A DNA stretch of 52,143 nt from Chiloscyllium plagiosum (GCF_004010195.1 NC_057718.1:61486095-61538237), one strand, 5' to 3'; counted from the first letter of the stretch, positions 33,327 through 46,395 are shown. Notes: a model not told the origin generated them from the sequence alone. Numbers and translations: made by a program.

Positions 33327-36300
33327 TTTTTTAAAATTCAATTTTGGGACTTGGGCATCGCTGACTAGCCAACATTGATAGCCCATACCTATTTGCCCTT
33401 GAGAAAGTGGTGGTGAGCTGCCTTCTTAAACCTCTGCAGTCCACCTTTGTGGATTGACCCACAATGCCATTAGGAAAGGAATTCTAGGATTTTGACCCAA
33501 TGACTGTGAAGAAATGGCAGTATATTTCCAAGTCAGGGTGGTGAGTGGCTTGGAGGGGAACTTGCAGGTGGTGGTCTTCCCAAGTACTTGCTGCCTTGTC
33601 CTTCTAGATGGAGGTGGTTGTGTTTTTGGAAGGTGCTGTGTAAGGATCTTTGGTGAATTTCTGCAGTACATCTTGCGGATCGCACACACTGCTGCTACTG
33701 AGCGCAGGTAGTGGAGGGACGGAATGTTTATAGGTGTGGTGCCAATCAAGCGGGTTGCTTTGTCCTAGATGGTGTCAAGGTTCTTAACCTTGGAGCTGCA
33801 CCCATCCAGGCAAGTGGGGAATATTCCATCACACTCCTGACTTGTGCCTTGTAGATAGGCTTTGGGCTGTCAGGAGGTGAGTTACTCATTGCAGTACCAT
33901 AGTCTCTGACCTGCTCTTGTAGCGACTGTGTTTCTGTGGCGAGTCGAGTTGAGTTTCTGGTCAATGGTAACCTCAAGGATGTTGACAGTGGGGGATTCAG
34001 GGATGGTAATACCGCTGAATGTCAAGGGACAGTGGTTAGAATGTCTCTTATTGGTGATGATCCTTGTCTGACGTTTGTGTGGCACAAATGTTTCTTGCCA
34101 CTTGTCAGCCCAGGCCTGGATATTGTCCAGATTTTGTTGCATTTGAGCACGGACTGTTTCAATATCTGAGGAGTTGCGAATGGTGCTGAACACTGTGCAG
34201 TCATCAGCGAACATGCCCACTTCTGACTTTATGACAGAGGGAACGTTACTGATGAAGCAACTGAAGATTGTTGGGCCTAGGACACTACCCTGAGGAACTC
34301 CTACAGAGATGTCCTGGAGCTGAGATAACTGACCCTCCACAATCACAGCCATCTTTGTTTGTACCAGGTATGGATCTAACTAAAGGAATGTTTGCCCCCA
34401 GATACCCATTAATTCCAGTTTCGCCAGGGCTCCTTGATGCCGCACTTGGTCAAATGCGGCCTTGATGTCAAGGGTTGTCACTCTCATCTCACCTCTGGAA
34501 TTCAGCTCTTTTCTCCATGTTTGAACCAAGCCTATAATGAGATCAGGAGCTGAGTGACCCTGGTGAAACCCAAACTGGGAATCACTGAGCAGATAATCAC
34601 TTTAGTGATGATTGAGAGGCGACGGATTGGGTGGTAACTGGCCGGGTTGGATTTGTCCTGCGTTTTGTGTACAGGACATACCTGGGCAGTTTTCCACATT
34701 GTTGGATAGATGCCAGTGTTGTAACTGTACTGGAAGAGTTTGGCTAGGGAAGGAGCAAGTTCTGGAGCACACGTCTTTCAGTAGTATTGCTGGAATGTTA
34801 TCAGGGCTCATTGCCTTTGCAATATCCAGTGCCTCCAGCCATTTCTTGATATCACGTGGAGTGAATTTGCTGGAGACTGGTATCTGTGATGCTGGGGACC
34901 AGTGGACGAGACTGAGATGGATTATCCACTCGGCACTTCTGACTGAAGATTGTTGAAAATGCATCAGCCTTATCTTTTGTGCTGATATGCTGGGTTCCTC
35001 CATCACTGAGGATGGGGATATTTTTTGGAGCCTTCTCCTCCAGTGAGTTGTTTAATTGTCCACCACCATTCACAATTAGATGTGGAAGGACTTCAGAGCT
35101 TAGATCTGATCCATTGTGGGATCACTTAGCTCTGTCTATTATTTGCTATTTATACCGTTTGGCATGCAAGTGGTCCTGTTTGGTAGCTCCACCAGGTTGA
35201 CACCTCATTTTCAGGTATGTATGATGCTGCTCCTGGCATGCTCTCCTGCACTTTCCATTGAACCAGGGGTTGATCTCCTGGCTTGATAGTAATGTTTGAG
35301 TGGGGGCTATACCAGGCTATGAGGTTACAGATTGTGCTGGAGTACAGTTCTGCTACTGTTGATGGCCCACAGCACCTCATGGATGCCCAGTCTTGAACTG
35401 CTAGATCGGCTCGAAGTCTGTCCCATTCAGCACAGTAATACTGCCATACAACATGATGAAGGTTGTTCTCAATGTGAAAGCGGGACATCGGCTCCACAAG
35501 GGCAGTGTGGTGGTCACATTTACCTAAACTGTCATGAACAGATGCCTCTGCAGCCGACACATTAGTAAGGTATGCTTTTTCCTCTTGTTGGTTCCTTCAC
35601 CACCTGCCACAGACCCAGCCTAGCAGTTACATCCTTTAGGATCTGACCAGCTCAATCAGTAATGCTGCTGCTGAGCCACTCTTGGAGGTGGACATTGAAA
35701 TCCCCCACCCAGAGTACATTTTGCACCCTTGCCACCCTCAGTGCTTCTTCCAAATGTTGCTAAACATAGAGGAGTACTGCTTCATCAACCTAAAGAGGAC
35801 AGTGTGTGGTAACTAGTAAGATGTTTCCTTGCCCATGTTTAACCTGAAGCTATGAGACCTCTTGGGGTCCAGAGTCGATGTCAAGGACTCCCAGGGCAAC
35901 TCCCTCCTGACTGTATCACTGTGCCGCCACCTCTGCTGGGTCAGTCCTGCTGGTGACACAGCACATATCCAGGGATAGTGATGGTGGGGTCTGGGGTGTT
36001 AACTGTAAGGTATGATTCTGTAAGAATGACTATGTCAGGCTGTTGCTTGACTAGTCTGTGAGACAGCTCTCCCAGTTTTAGTACTAGCCCCCAGATGTTA
36101 GTAAGGAGGACTTTGCGTGGTCGACAGGGCTGTTTGTGTTTTTGCCGTGGTCATTTCTATTTCCAAGGTCGAAGCCAGGTGGTCCATCTGGTTTCATTTC
36201 GTTGTTGTGACTTTCTAGTGACTGATACAACTGAGTGGCTTGCTAGACCATTTCATAGGGCAGTTGAGAGTCAACCACATTGCTGTGGCTCTGGAGTCAC

Positions 36301-36420
36301 ATGTAGGCCAGACAGGTAAGGATGGCAGATTTCCCTAAAGGACATTAGTGAACCAGATGGGTTTTCCAACAACTGACAATAGTTCCATGGTCATCAGTTG
36401 ACTCTTAATTCCAGATTTTA
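33327..36420 (-). mobile_element. Near full-length CR1/L2-group LINE with a single EN+RT ORF and no ORF1, decayed
   Basis: APE N-terminus KVLLTNIWGL..PDIVILTESYL..IPGY..RGGG from 36114; DH motif [27 protein letters not shown] (ORF 33882-34352); A-rich tail near 33327; 36200-36420 is SINE-like. Confidence 0.9.
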
Positions 36421-36799
36421 CTTTTGCGTTCCAGAAGTATGCAAAATTGGTAGATTGTGGATCAGTCAGCATATGGTGCTGATTTATTGGATGCACTGCT
36501 ATTGTGGCAATTGGTTGCTGTTAGGTATACCTTCACATGAAATATGTTCAGTTGCACAATGGCCCCTCCCCCCATGTATGAACATCCAACTTGCCGGTTT
36601 GTCGCTGAAAACATTGAAAATTTGGCCAAATCAGCACTGAGTGAATGCCATGCAGAGATTTTGTGCCTCTCAAATGTCTGTGAATACATCACTTTCTTTG
36701 AAGACATCAGACCAAGAATTGTATTTCCCACTGGGCTGTAGCATCAAAAGGAGTGGAGCCAAAGCAATGGGAAGGTTGTTTGCCGAGGACATAGGAGCA

Positions 36800-36905
36800 G
36801 GAGGACCTTCAGCAGAGAGGAGTCCGTGCCCACCTATGATTTTCAGGGAAAACCTATACCTGCACCTCAGCCTAACAGCTATGCATCAGCGAAAAGAAAC
36901 TGCCA
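36800..36905 (+). pseudogene. Possible PIF/Harbinger (HARBI1-like) transposase N-terminal remnant
   Basis: RSPCPPMIFRENLYLHLS resembles a recalled RRPYPPRVFRE..YLHLS motif; short match only. Confidence 0.35.
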
Positions 36906-39900
36906 AAATGTTACACATAAAGTAATCTTACTTGAACTTCGAGCTGGGAGGACCTGGAGCTCTCCTTCAGTCCTAACAATGTTCCTGAGGATTGACGATT
37001 ATCCCCCCTCAACCCCCTCACAATCATCCTCTCCACCTCCATTAACCATCCACTTCCTTCCCTCATCTCTCTGGATCTACTATCCTTTCCTCCCAGGAAC
37101 TATCTGAGAGAAGGTTTCAGCAAGACAATTGATATAACTTAATCTTCCTAGAACTGGTTGGATATCACAGCTCACCAGCAATAGATTAATGAAGCTCAAG
37201 ACCCAAATGGACCAAAACAAATTTGCAGCCTAAAATATCTGCTCCCAGAGGTCCATGCAGCCAGCATGATTAAATCAGAGACGTAAGTCAGTGTTTGGGC
37301 GTCATCTTTTGTATCACTTAATGGGGCCCTCCTATGTTTTCCTTTAAGGAAAAGGATTAATTCCCTCGTCGGTACAAATGCAAACTGTGATCTGATATCA
37401 TCAATTAAAGCAATGAAAAACAGATACAGGAGGTTCCAGCATCACTTATTATTGAACAAAATTTGGAACAAGATAGTGCTAGTAAAACCCTCAGTGGGTT
37501 AATCAAAGCTACACGTCATAATTTTTCACTTAAGTGACCTGCGGCTAGTAGCAGACCTGCAAATGACAAGAAGGTTTCCAGAACATTCAAAAAAATGAAA
37601 CATACTTCAGTGGTTAGATGCACAAGGACATCAGTCAAAGCTAATCAATAAACGTGATGTTAGTCATAGATGATGAATTTGAAAGGGATTATAACTATAA
37701 ACTGTGATCAATACAGGCTTGCTAGAAAAGGAAACCAACCTTAAAATGTTGTACAGTTAATAAAGCATAGGGTCAAATTTAAACCAAACCTCACCAGTGC
37801 GACTGACTTGTCACCTAATTTCACAGCAATCTCTGTGTGCAAACACACACAAAAGAAATCTCAGTAACGTCACAAGGCAATTGCTGCTAAAACGCCACAT
37901 TATTAATTTATACTGCAATGCTGATCTCACTATTCTTGAGTGGCATCTCCATTATTTGACAATTGAAGATGTTGTGTTTGATGGGAGGTGGCATTTCAAA
38001 GGGACAACCCCCCCCCCCCCCCCTCCTCGACTCCCCCTCCCCTGCCCTAGTCACTTCCTGCCCCCTTGAGATCCAGCCTGACTTTTCTGCCATGGGCACA
38101 TGACTGATCAGGGCATTCATGACTGTGACATTCCTCTCCACAAACAAATCCACCCCAGGTTGATGTGAAAAATGCAGTGAGCCTGTGCTGCTCACCCACA
38201 GATGAATGGAGCTATCTGTCTTGTCACCAAGGGTCATTGGAAGAGGTTATTGTGAGTATATACCTTGGCTTCTCTGCTGACGTTTGCATGCTGTTTGAAG
38301 AAAAATCCTATCCCATCATACAGCCCCTCTCATACCCCTTTCACAAAACACCATCCTATACCTCTGGAGTAAGACCCAAGACTGATACATATTTTTTACT
38401 CATGACCTTTTAGTGTCCTTCATGCCTTTGTGTGTAAACCATGCACTGATATATGAAGGCAATTTTTAGTGGTGCCACTAGTATCTGAATGATTACACAC
38501 ACTTTACATTTCTGGTCTGCCATTGTGCCATCCTTTTGCGAACTCTATTCCTTACACTCTAACCACACAAGTCAGAGAGAGAGAGAGATAGAGAGAAGCG
38601 GGGGTGGGGGGGTTTAACTATTACTCGCCCACAGAGTGTAGTGAATTAGAAGAAATGGTTCTCGTTTTGAAGGTAGGATTAATTTGCAAAACAACCTCAG
38701 CCAAAGTCATGAGGATATGATGATCCTCCACTCGAGGGTCAAGTAGGGTCAAAGATTGACTGAGCCCCTGCAGCGTTTACTGTCACAGTTTTATTTCTCA
38801 AGCTGATTATTTGAACTGCAAACCACCATACATCTGAAGAGATGTACAAATCATATCATGCAGCGAGGAAAGCAGATAACATATTCACAGAGAGGGAACA
38901 TTGTTTTGCAAGACCTTTGTGGTAAACAGTATAAATCCGTAAACATCCTCGCTACACTGTCACTACAGTTTGGACACTCACTTCATTCTGTGGTTATTCA
39001 TGTGAGAAACAGCAGAATGGCATTGGAAATACAATAATTACTGTCCGTGGAGAGTCTGCTCTTAGTTAGGTCATCAGAGCTCTTTTCAAAGTAAGTAATA
39101 TTACTTCAATGAAATCTTGTGAAAAATATCAATAAAATATCATTGATTTTACACAATATTAGAATTCTCCAACGTACGTGTCCCATTTTCAAACAAGGCA
39201 CTGCTGATCTCCCTCTTTCAACAACACACACTCGATTTAAGATATGACAGTGCTGACAGCCCTAGGTCCACTGATGTCACAAGTCACACCTTCCTTGTGG
39301 TTAAATTTGACCAGTTTCTCACTTAAATCTGGTAAAGTGTGGCAGTGTTTAGCTGCTGTCCTGTGCTATAGTCCTACTTACAATGCAATCCTCCTTCATG
39401 ATCCCCTGGGATCAGACACCCAGGTCAGGAAAATAAGTCTAATGTGATCTTGAACAGTGCTTCGACCAGGTAACTGACAGCAGGAATAAAGTCAACCTTC
39501 TTTTTGAGTTGCCCTCTGGTAAATAGCTTTGTGATCAGTCGAGTCAAACTGCAGCCAGAATGCAGCCTAACTCTTACACTGCCATGCAGGAGACAAGATG
39601 TGTGACGGTAAGAGAAGGTAATGTGAGCTTTCCCAAAGCCCCACAATCCGCTTCAGTATCAAGCCTGGAATGACAATTTTGTCGCGGGCTTGCATGCAGT
39701 CAGATGCCTGAAATTTGAGCCCTGATACATTGAAAATCCAGTTCCCCTTCCTGAATAAACATTTAAATCCCCATATGGAAAGATTTCAAATCCCATGCAT
39801 TTAAAAGACTGCCAGATAGGTTTCACACACAAAAATGTAGGCTGGAATATTATAAGGCGTCTGAATGATGTGGGCTTTGAATGACATGGGCTCTGTCACA

Positions 39901-40609
39901 GAATCGGATGAGAATCAAGCAAGACTGATCTTTATGTCAGGAGTATCTAGCTCCAACTTTTCTCAGATGACACAACAAGTTTCTTGCTAGCCAGCAGTGA
40001 GTAATCAACTGAGAAGGAGTAATGTTGGTTAAGCAGCCTCATTGATGGTCCAACCCATCTCATCACTAGTCAGCCTTCTATCTTAGCAAACGAGCCAGAC
40101 GTTAGGAAATCTCAACATGGAAGCCAGAGCAGGTACCTGGTGAATTCAACTCACTGCTTGTTCTGAACAACCACCAAAGTTGGACACTGGAAACTGGGCA
40201 TTGACATCTCAGGGCACAATCCACGGGCACTAGTACATGCATGCCACATCCGAAGACATTGACATTTGATATATGCCAACCTTTAAGAGACCTTCATGGC
40301 ACATCTTAGATTCTATAATCGGAATATTTTGCACTGACAGCTAACATTTTAACACCACAGCAAGGACACTGTGCTCAGGGGGGGACACCCAGTTCATGAC
40401 TAGAACAGGTGCATCTCTGGCTCTTTGCTTGCTATCATTGGGCACACTCAATTTGAACTTACCTGAATACTCACAACATCCCTACTTTGCATTGTGTAAC
40501 CTTGCCTTGGTTTTTGGCACTTTGATCTCACAGGCAGAGATACCAGACTGATATTACTTCTGTCTTGCCTTGCCATTTAGCACAGACACAAAGGCAGGAA
40601 GACAGAAAC

Positions 40610-40740
40610 AGATAAGTTCTTGATTAATAAGGGGAGAAGGCAAGAGAATGGTGCTGAGAAACACATCAGCCATGATTGTATAATGGAGCAGATTTGATGG
40701 TTTGAGTGGCCTAATTCTGCTCCTATATCTTATGGACTTC
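40610..40740 (+). mobile_element. CR1 3' terminal fragment
   Basis: GGGGAGAAGGCAAGAGAATGG..ATCAGCCATGATTG..TGGCCTAATTCTGCTCCTATATCTTATGG. Confidence 0.85.
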
Positions 40741-41224
40741 TAGTCGAAAGGAAGCTTGTCATAGGTGTCAGCAGTCCTAAGTTAAATCAAGGGGAAAATC
40801 TTTGTTCAGGAGTGCCTTGTACAATAAGTCGGGGCAGACTCTGAGACCAGTCCAGGAGCTCAGTCATTCAACTACTCTGTAGTCGGGATCAGGATGCCAG
40901 ACAGCCTACCATCAGTCTTGAGTCTCTTTGCCCTCTTGGGGGCTCTTTTAATCCTAGAATAAGGTAGGTTGTGAAGGAGATGAAAGTCGATGGCACTGTT
41001 GTTACTTTTGGTGCAGGTGAGAAGGTGCCCCAAGCAAGTCAGTAGACAGCGCAGAGAGCATGCAGGGTCAGTGGTGTCAGTGACTGGAGTGGGTGACAGT
41101 GAATGAGGGAAGATGTAGGCAATAATGAGAGTGGTAGGCCCTGAGCCTCGATGCAGAATGGGTACAGTAGTAAAGCGCAAGTGAGTATGAGGTATTGAGA
41201 AGAAGATGATGTTACATATGTTGG

Positions 41225-41430
41225 CAGACTAGAGAAGATCATTGACCACTGTTGGCCATTGTTCCAGATGGCTGAGATTGTTTTAACCCACATAGCAACC
41301 TCAGGGAAAACAGGCGTAATCTAGCATCATGACCTCCACTGTCGCTCCTGGGGGATAAGGAGGCCGACCTCTTTACCAACTTGTCCAACAGGTCTCTGCC
41401 TACCACACAGTGTATCAATTTTCCCATTTG
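41225..41430 (-). pseudogene. Decayed Myb/SANT-like ORF, probably from a PIF/Harbinger element
   Basis: Across frameshifts: MGKL..GRDLLDKLVKR / LLIPQE..PEVAMWVKTISAIWNNGQQ / VNDLL, fitting the MSANTD/NAIF1-type trihelix pattern. Confidence 0.5.
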
Positions 41431-43164
41431 TCATGGCCAAGGCAAATATCAGGAATTGTTCAGAACAGCTTTGGACTGACAATGTTTGTCCTTTTAAGGA
41501 TGATGCAAAGGATGCTGCTCAATTCTGGGGTGTCTGCTGAGTTGCAAGTTGTTCTGGGAACTTAACCAAAAAATATGAGTGTTAGCCCATAAGAAAGCAC
41601 AGTAAGATCCAAAAAACACATAAACGATACGAGGCCTCACACAATCAAAGGTGCTAGTATCCAGATATAAAAATATACAATCCTGTGTATATAGACAGCA
41701 ACAGTGTTAAAAAAAATTCTTTGTTGTGCAGACACAAAAATTCACATCTGCATGCAGCCTAAACATTGGAGTTTAAAGCAATCCTTGGAAACCACCATCA
41801 AAAAGATAAGCTTTAAATTATTCTTACCTGGATACAGAATTGTGAAGTACAGAGGTGCTCCTTCCAGTTCCAGGTAGTCACTGCCTTCCTCTCTATTCAG
41901 GTTACTCCCTGAGTTGTTGCCTCTGTCCTTTCCTCAGTCCCTCCAAATCACTGATCACTTTCTTCCAAGATCTACCTGAGGGCACTGCCAACAAAATTTA
42001 AATTGTCTTCATCGGTGAGCTCCCTGGCAATGCGCACAGCTATAGTTTGTCAGGTTCGTGTAAGTGAAGCCTGAGGCCTAAGATTGAGTTATCATGCAGG
42101 GCTAGCTGTTTTACTTCAGGTTAAAAAAAACATTTCTTTGTCAACATGTCAGTCAGACTGACGAACTTTATATTCAAGTAAATAGTTAGTGTATCTTAAT
42201 AGGCAGTGCAGCTTGCTGCCTTCTGGAAAACATCCTAAGCCAGGAAGAGTTAAAAGTCTAAACCCACTGCTGTGTCTCCTAAACTAAACGTCATGGTTCT
42301 ACATCTTGCAGGAGCTTGTTCAGGGACTGTGATAACTTGGACAGAAATTCATGGGAGATTACCAGCGAACTCCTGCCAAGCTTCACCGCAGCACGGGTAA
42401 TAGATATGCTCCAGTCCTAAATCCTAAAAGGCCTTGCTACATCTGTCAAGCATGCCCTGTTAAAGCACCCTTAGTTCAGATGTTATCACTTCTCCTCCTG
42501 CGTCAAAAGATTTAGTGTCCACCCTGGAGGTTGATAATGCAGGGCTCTCTGTTGTAGCAAGCAGCAAAGCAGAGGAGAGAGAGAGAGAGAAAAAAAAATG
42601 AAGCTGCATCTATTTTATGACACAGAAAGTCCATTTTATTGACACTAGATGGCTTCTAGAAATGCATTTTAATTAATAATACTGCATTAAAAGCAGTCTA
42701 AGTAAGCTTGAAACTCTCTGCCTATCATACAAAATACAGCATTGCATCATTTAAAAGTGAAGTATTCGTCTTCAATTGACAATCAAAAATAAGAGCTACA
42801 TTAAATTCTTACAGATGCTATCATTCCTGCAAGCACCATGGAATTTTTTATGAGAATATAACATTTATGGATGCTGAATACTTATTTACCAAACCGGAGG
42901 ATAAAAAGATAGTGGCTGATTCTTGCAATTTTTATTATTCTGTTATGATGTTCTCCCACCACAAGTACAGTTAGTCATAATGTTATACCAGTGAAACATT
43001 CACTCACCCATTGTTTTCATACAAAACTCAACTAGCAGCTACCACAAAGCCTCAGGGACAGTAGAATCAAAAGACCCAGTTACAACACTGCCTCACACCA
43101 CCCCTCCAAATGGAAGCTGAGCAGTGGGTAATTAAAATGATGGTTGGGCACTTGCAGCTGCACA

Positions 43165-43545
43165 TCAGAAACAGGAGCAGGAATAGGCTATTCAGCCCCT
43201 CAAGCCTCTCTCACCATTCTGGAAGGTCAAGACTGATCTGCACCAGGTCTCAACTCATCTCCGCCAGCTCCTCAAAGCCGTCAACTCCTCGATATTTCAA
43301 AAGTCTTTAAATACTTTCAGTGGTCTAGCTGCCGCAATTGCCTGTGGTCTTCATTACCGGTCATTCACTACCTTCTGGGAGATGAACATCCTCATATCTC
43401 TGTTTTAAATGAGTATTCCCTTATTCTGTAAATATATCTCCTAGATTAAGATTCCTGCACTAATGGAAACATCTTCTCAACATTTACCATGTCAATCAAC
43501 CTCAGAATCTTGTGCATTTCAATACGATTACCTTTCATTCTTCTA
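43165..43545 (-). mobile_element. Old CR1 3' fragment
   Basis: AGAAACAGGAGCAGGAATAGGCTATTCAGCCCCTCAAGCC, the reverse complement of a CR1 3' end, similar to 21390-21430. Confidence 0.8.
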
Positions 43546-43875
43546 AGGGTGGCTCAGTGGTTAGTACTGCTGCCTCACAGCACCAGGGACCCAGGTTGGA
43601 TTCAAGCCTCAGGCGACTGTCTGTGTGGAGTTTGCACATTCTCTCCATGTCTGTGTGGGTTTCTTCCGGATGTTCTGGTTTCCTCCTGTAATTCAAAGAC
43701 GTGCAGGTTGGTGAATTGGCCATGCTAAATTGCCCATGGTGTTCAGGGATGTGTAGGTTAGGTGCATTAGTCAGGGTAAATAGAGGGGAACGGGTCTGGG
43801 TGGGTTAATCTTTGGAGGGTCGGTATGGACTTGTTGGGCTGAAGGGCCTGTTTCCACACTGTGGGTATTCTATAA
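43546..43875 (+). mobile_element. HE1-type V-SINE
   Basis: A/B boxes, V-domain, AAGGGCCTGTTTCCACACTGT tail. Confidence 0.92.
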
Positions 43876-44226
43876 TAGTATTCATGATCCATTGGCACCA
43901 GCTGCCATTTTAACATCCAGGGTCCAGACAGTGTCACAGCCAAGGTAGGAACTTCCTTTATATTTCAGAGTTCAGATTCAGTGATGTCTCTGGATATCTG
44001 ATTTTAATTTTTAACTGTACATGAGTGCAATGGAAGATTTGGGCCAAAAGAACATGACTTGTAGGATGGGAGGAGGAAGGTTGCTATTCCCAACCATCCC
44101 CGCTCTGTGATTACTTCCCTGTCCCCCTGTATCAACTCTAATCATTTCAGGAACAGTCTCCTTTGCTCCCAAACACCTGATGCACTGTTTCCTCACATCC
44201 TCAGCACTCAAGATCCCTCTCTTATA

Positions 44227-44450
44227 GGAGAAAGTGAGGACTGCAGATGCTGGAGATCAGAGCTGAAAATGTGTTGCTGGAAAAGCACAGCAGGTCAGGC
44301 AGCATTCAAGGAACAGGAGAATCGACGTTATGGGCATAAGCCCATCTTCAGGAATTCCTGAAGAAGGGCTTATGCCCGAAACGTCAATTCTCTTGTTCCT
44401 TGGATGCTGCCTGACCTGCTGCGCTTTTCCAGCAACACATTTTCAGCTCC
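44227..44450. mobile_element. Palindromic Penelope-derived insert with hammerhead-like core
   Basis: About 100-bp arms centred on GAATTC (44352-44357); CTGAAGA-A-GGGC-TTAT-GCCC-GAAAC-GTC at 44358-44385; perfect 15-bp TSD GATCCCTCTCTTATA (44212-44226, 44451-44465). Confidence 0.9.
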
Positions 44451-46395
44451 GATCCCTCTCTTATATGCTAGTACCAATTCACTCACTGGCTTTAGACATC
44501 AGAATTGGCTTATGTAAAGGAAATTGGAGTATTAAAATCATCTAAATCTTTGACTGAGTGGGTGGGTTTGGTGCCATTTCTAACTCTGCTCGATTCCCGC
44601 ACTCTATGCTTTAAAATTTAATTTGGTGATACTATAATTGGGCTATGCTGATGAAAAGATCGTTTGTTGCTGAAATTGAACAGCATTTGTCAGAGAGCAT
44701 CATTATCCATTCAAATAAACCAAAGAGTTTTCTGTGAGAATCAGTTAAGTCCAAGACAGTCGTACAGCAGAATATAGAACAGCTGACAGCCTTCAACTCA
44801 AAAGTAACACTATGAACTACAGCAAACTTTTCTTATGTTTTTGTGACAACAAATACCATTTAATGACAATGACATTCATTTGAAAGCAAGTTGAGGAACC
44901 AACCTAGTCATAAACACATTATTGTGTCTCTAACAACACCTGTGGAAGAGTGGAGTATTAATCAATAGTTGGGGTCTTTTCATTCAATCATGTTATCAAC
45001 ATGTGTGTGCAGTGACAAACTTATTTGGGGCCCAGTGTCAGCAGCTATCAGTCTCTAATATGGAAGCTTAAAACAACCCCATATTTACTGGATGTTATGT
45101 TGCAAACGAGTCAGCAAAATAATTCTAGTCCATTCCTTCCAATTTTGGAGGACCACTTGAAAATGTCAACTAGATTTTGTTTTTTGGCCAAGCCACAATT
45201 ACTTATATACTGGAACAGTAGACAATTGTCAGATAGTATGATACATGTGCTCTGCAAGTTGTTTCTTAGTTTATTATTTGTTGGTGTTTCATCCTGGACC
45301 ATTTTCTTTTACTGGTGGCTAGCCATGACCTTCCACTCTCAGAGACAGAAGCCAGGTCCCAGTCAACCTCAGCCAGAACAGGAGTTGCACTTTTGGCGTT
45401 ATTCTGAACCTCATGCCAGCTAACGGAACTAAGCAGATCCCAAATGATCAGATACACCATTGTAACAGAAGTACCTTGTGCCCATTTTGCAGCAATTGTT
45501 TTTGCCATTTGAATTGATAGATAGATTGATACAATTACTTCACTTCAGGCCAAGAAAATGATCACAGCTAGGAAGATGGTTTGATTCAACAAACCTTAGG
45601 CCCTTTTAAATCATTCACTGCACATTGTCACTGGAATGGGATAATCGCATCTACGCTGCACATTTGTAATCAAAAGATGAAACATTTTAATAGCTGATAG
45701 ATTTTATGATCTATTGAAAAAGAAAAGTTGGATGTGATGTTTTAAAATTAAATTGCCAATTACTTCTTTGAGGGAAATATTGGGTCAGGACCCGTCATCC
45801 AAGTGATTCTTGGGTGTCAGACTGAGACTGAGACTGATCTTGCCCTTTTTATGCACTGTCACTCATCCAGTACGTTTGGTACAACAAGCATAATGTATTA
45901 GACAGCACTTAGCAGTTAGCAGTTAGGTTGAGAAACAATATTCTCAGTCTCTGATTAATATACTATATGCAGTTCAATGGAAGAGGGAATTACATTCTGG
46001 ATTACCTGGTATAGTTTTGATGGACTATGCTGCTTTATAGGTAGCAATATTACATGATCATACAATGTGAAATCCTTATATTCCTTCAAGAAGTTAAATA
46101 GTCATCAATCCACCAACTTTGTAACTGAACAACGCTTTCCACCAGCTTACATGTAACAAAAAGTATGTTTTGAGAAGATGGGTGAAAGAGTTGACATATC
46201 GAATGTCATGGAAGTGAAGAATGGATTTTTATATTTAGTTTTGGCATCCAATACTTCAGGGTCAGTGTGGAATAACTTAGTCCCAAGGTAAAGTTGGGTA
46301 ACAACTCTGTTGTGCAAGTAGCATTCTTTAATCCCAAAGTCAAAATAAATGTTCCCTGTGGTCCCAATGTCAACATTTGCATTCCTCATACATCG

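Noticed and set aside
44227..44450. Palindrome read as a MITE or miRNA hairpin
   Set aside because: Unequal arms, a 15-bp TSD and a hammerhead-like core fit a Penelope inverted pLTR better.
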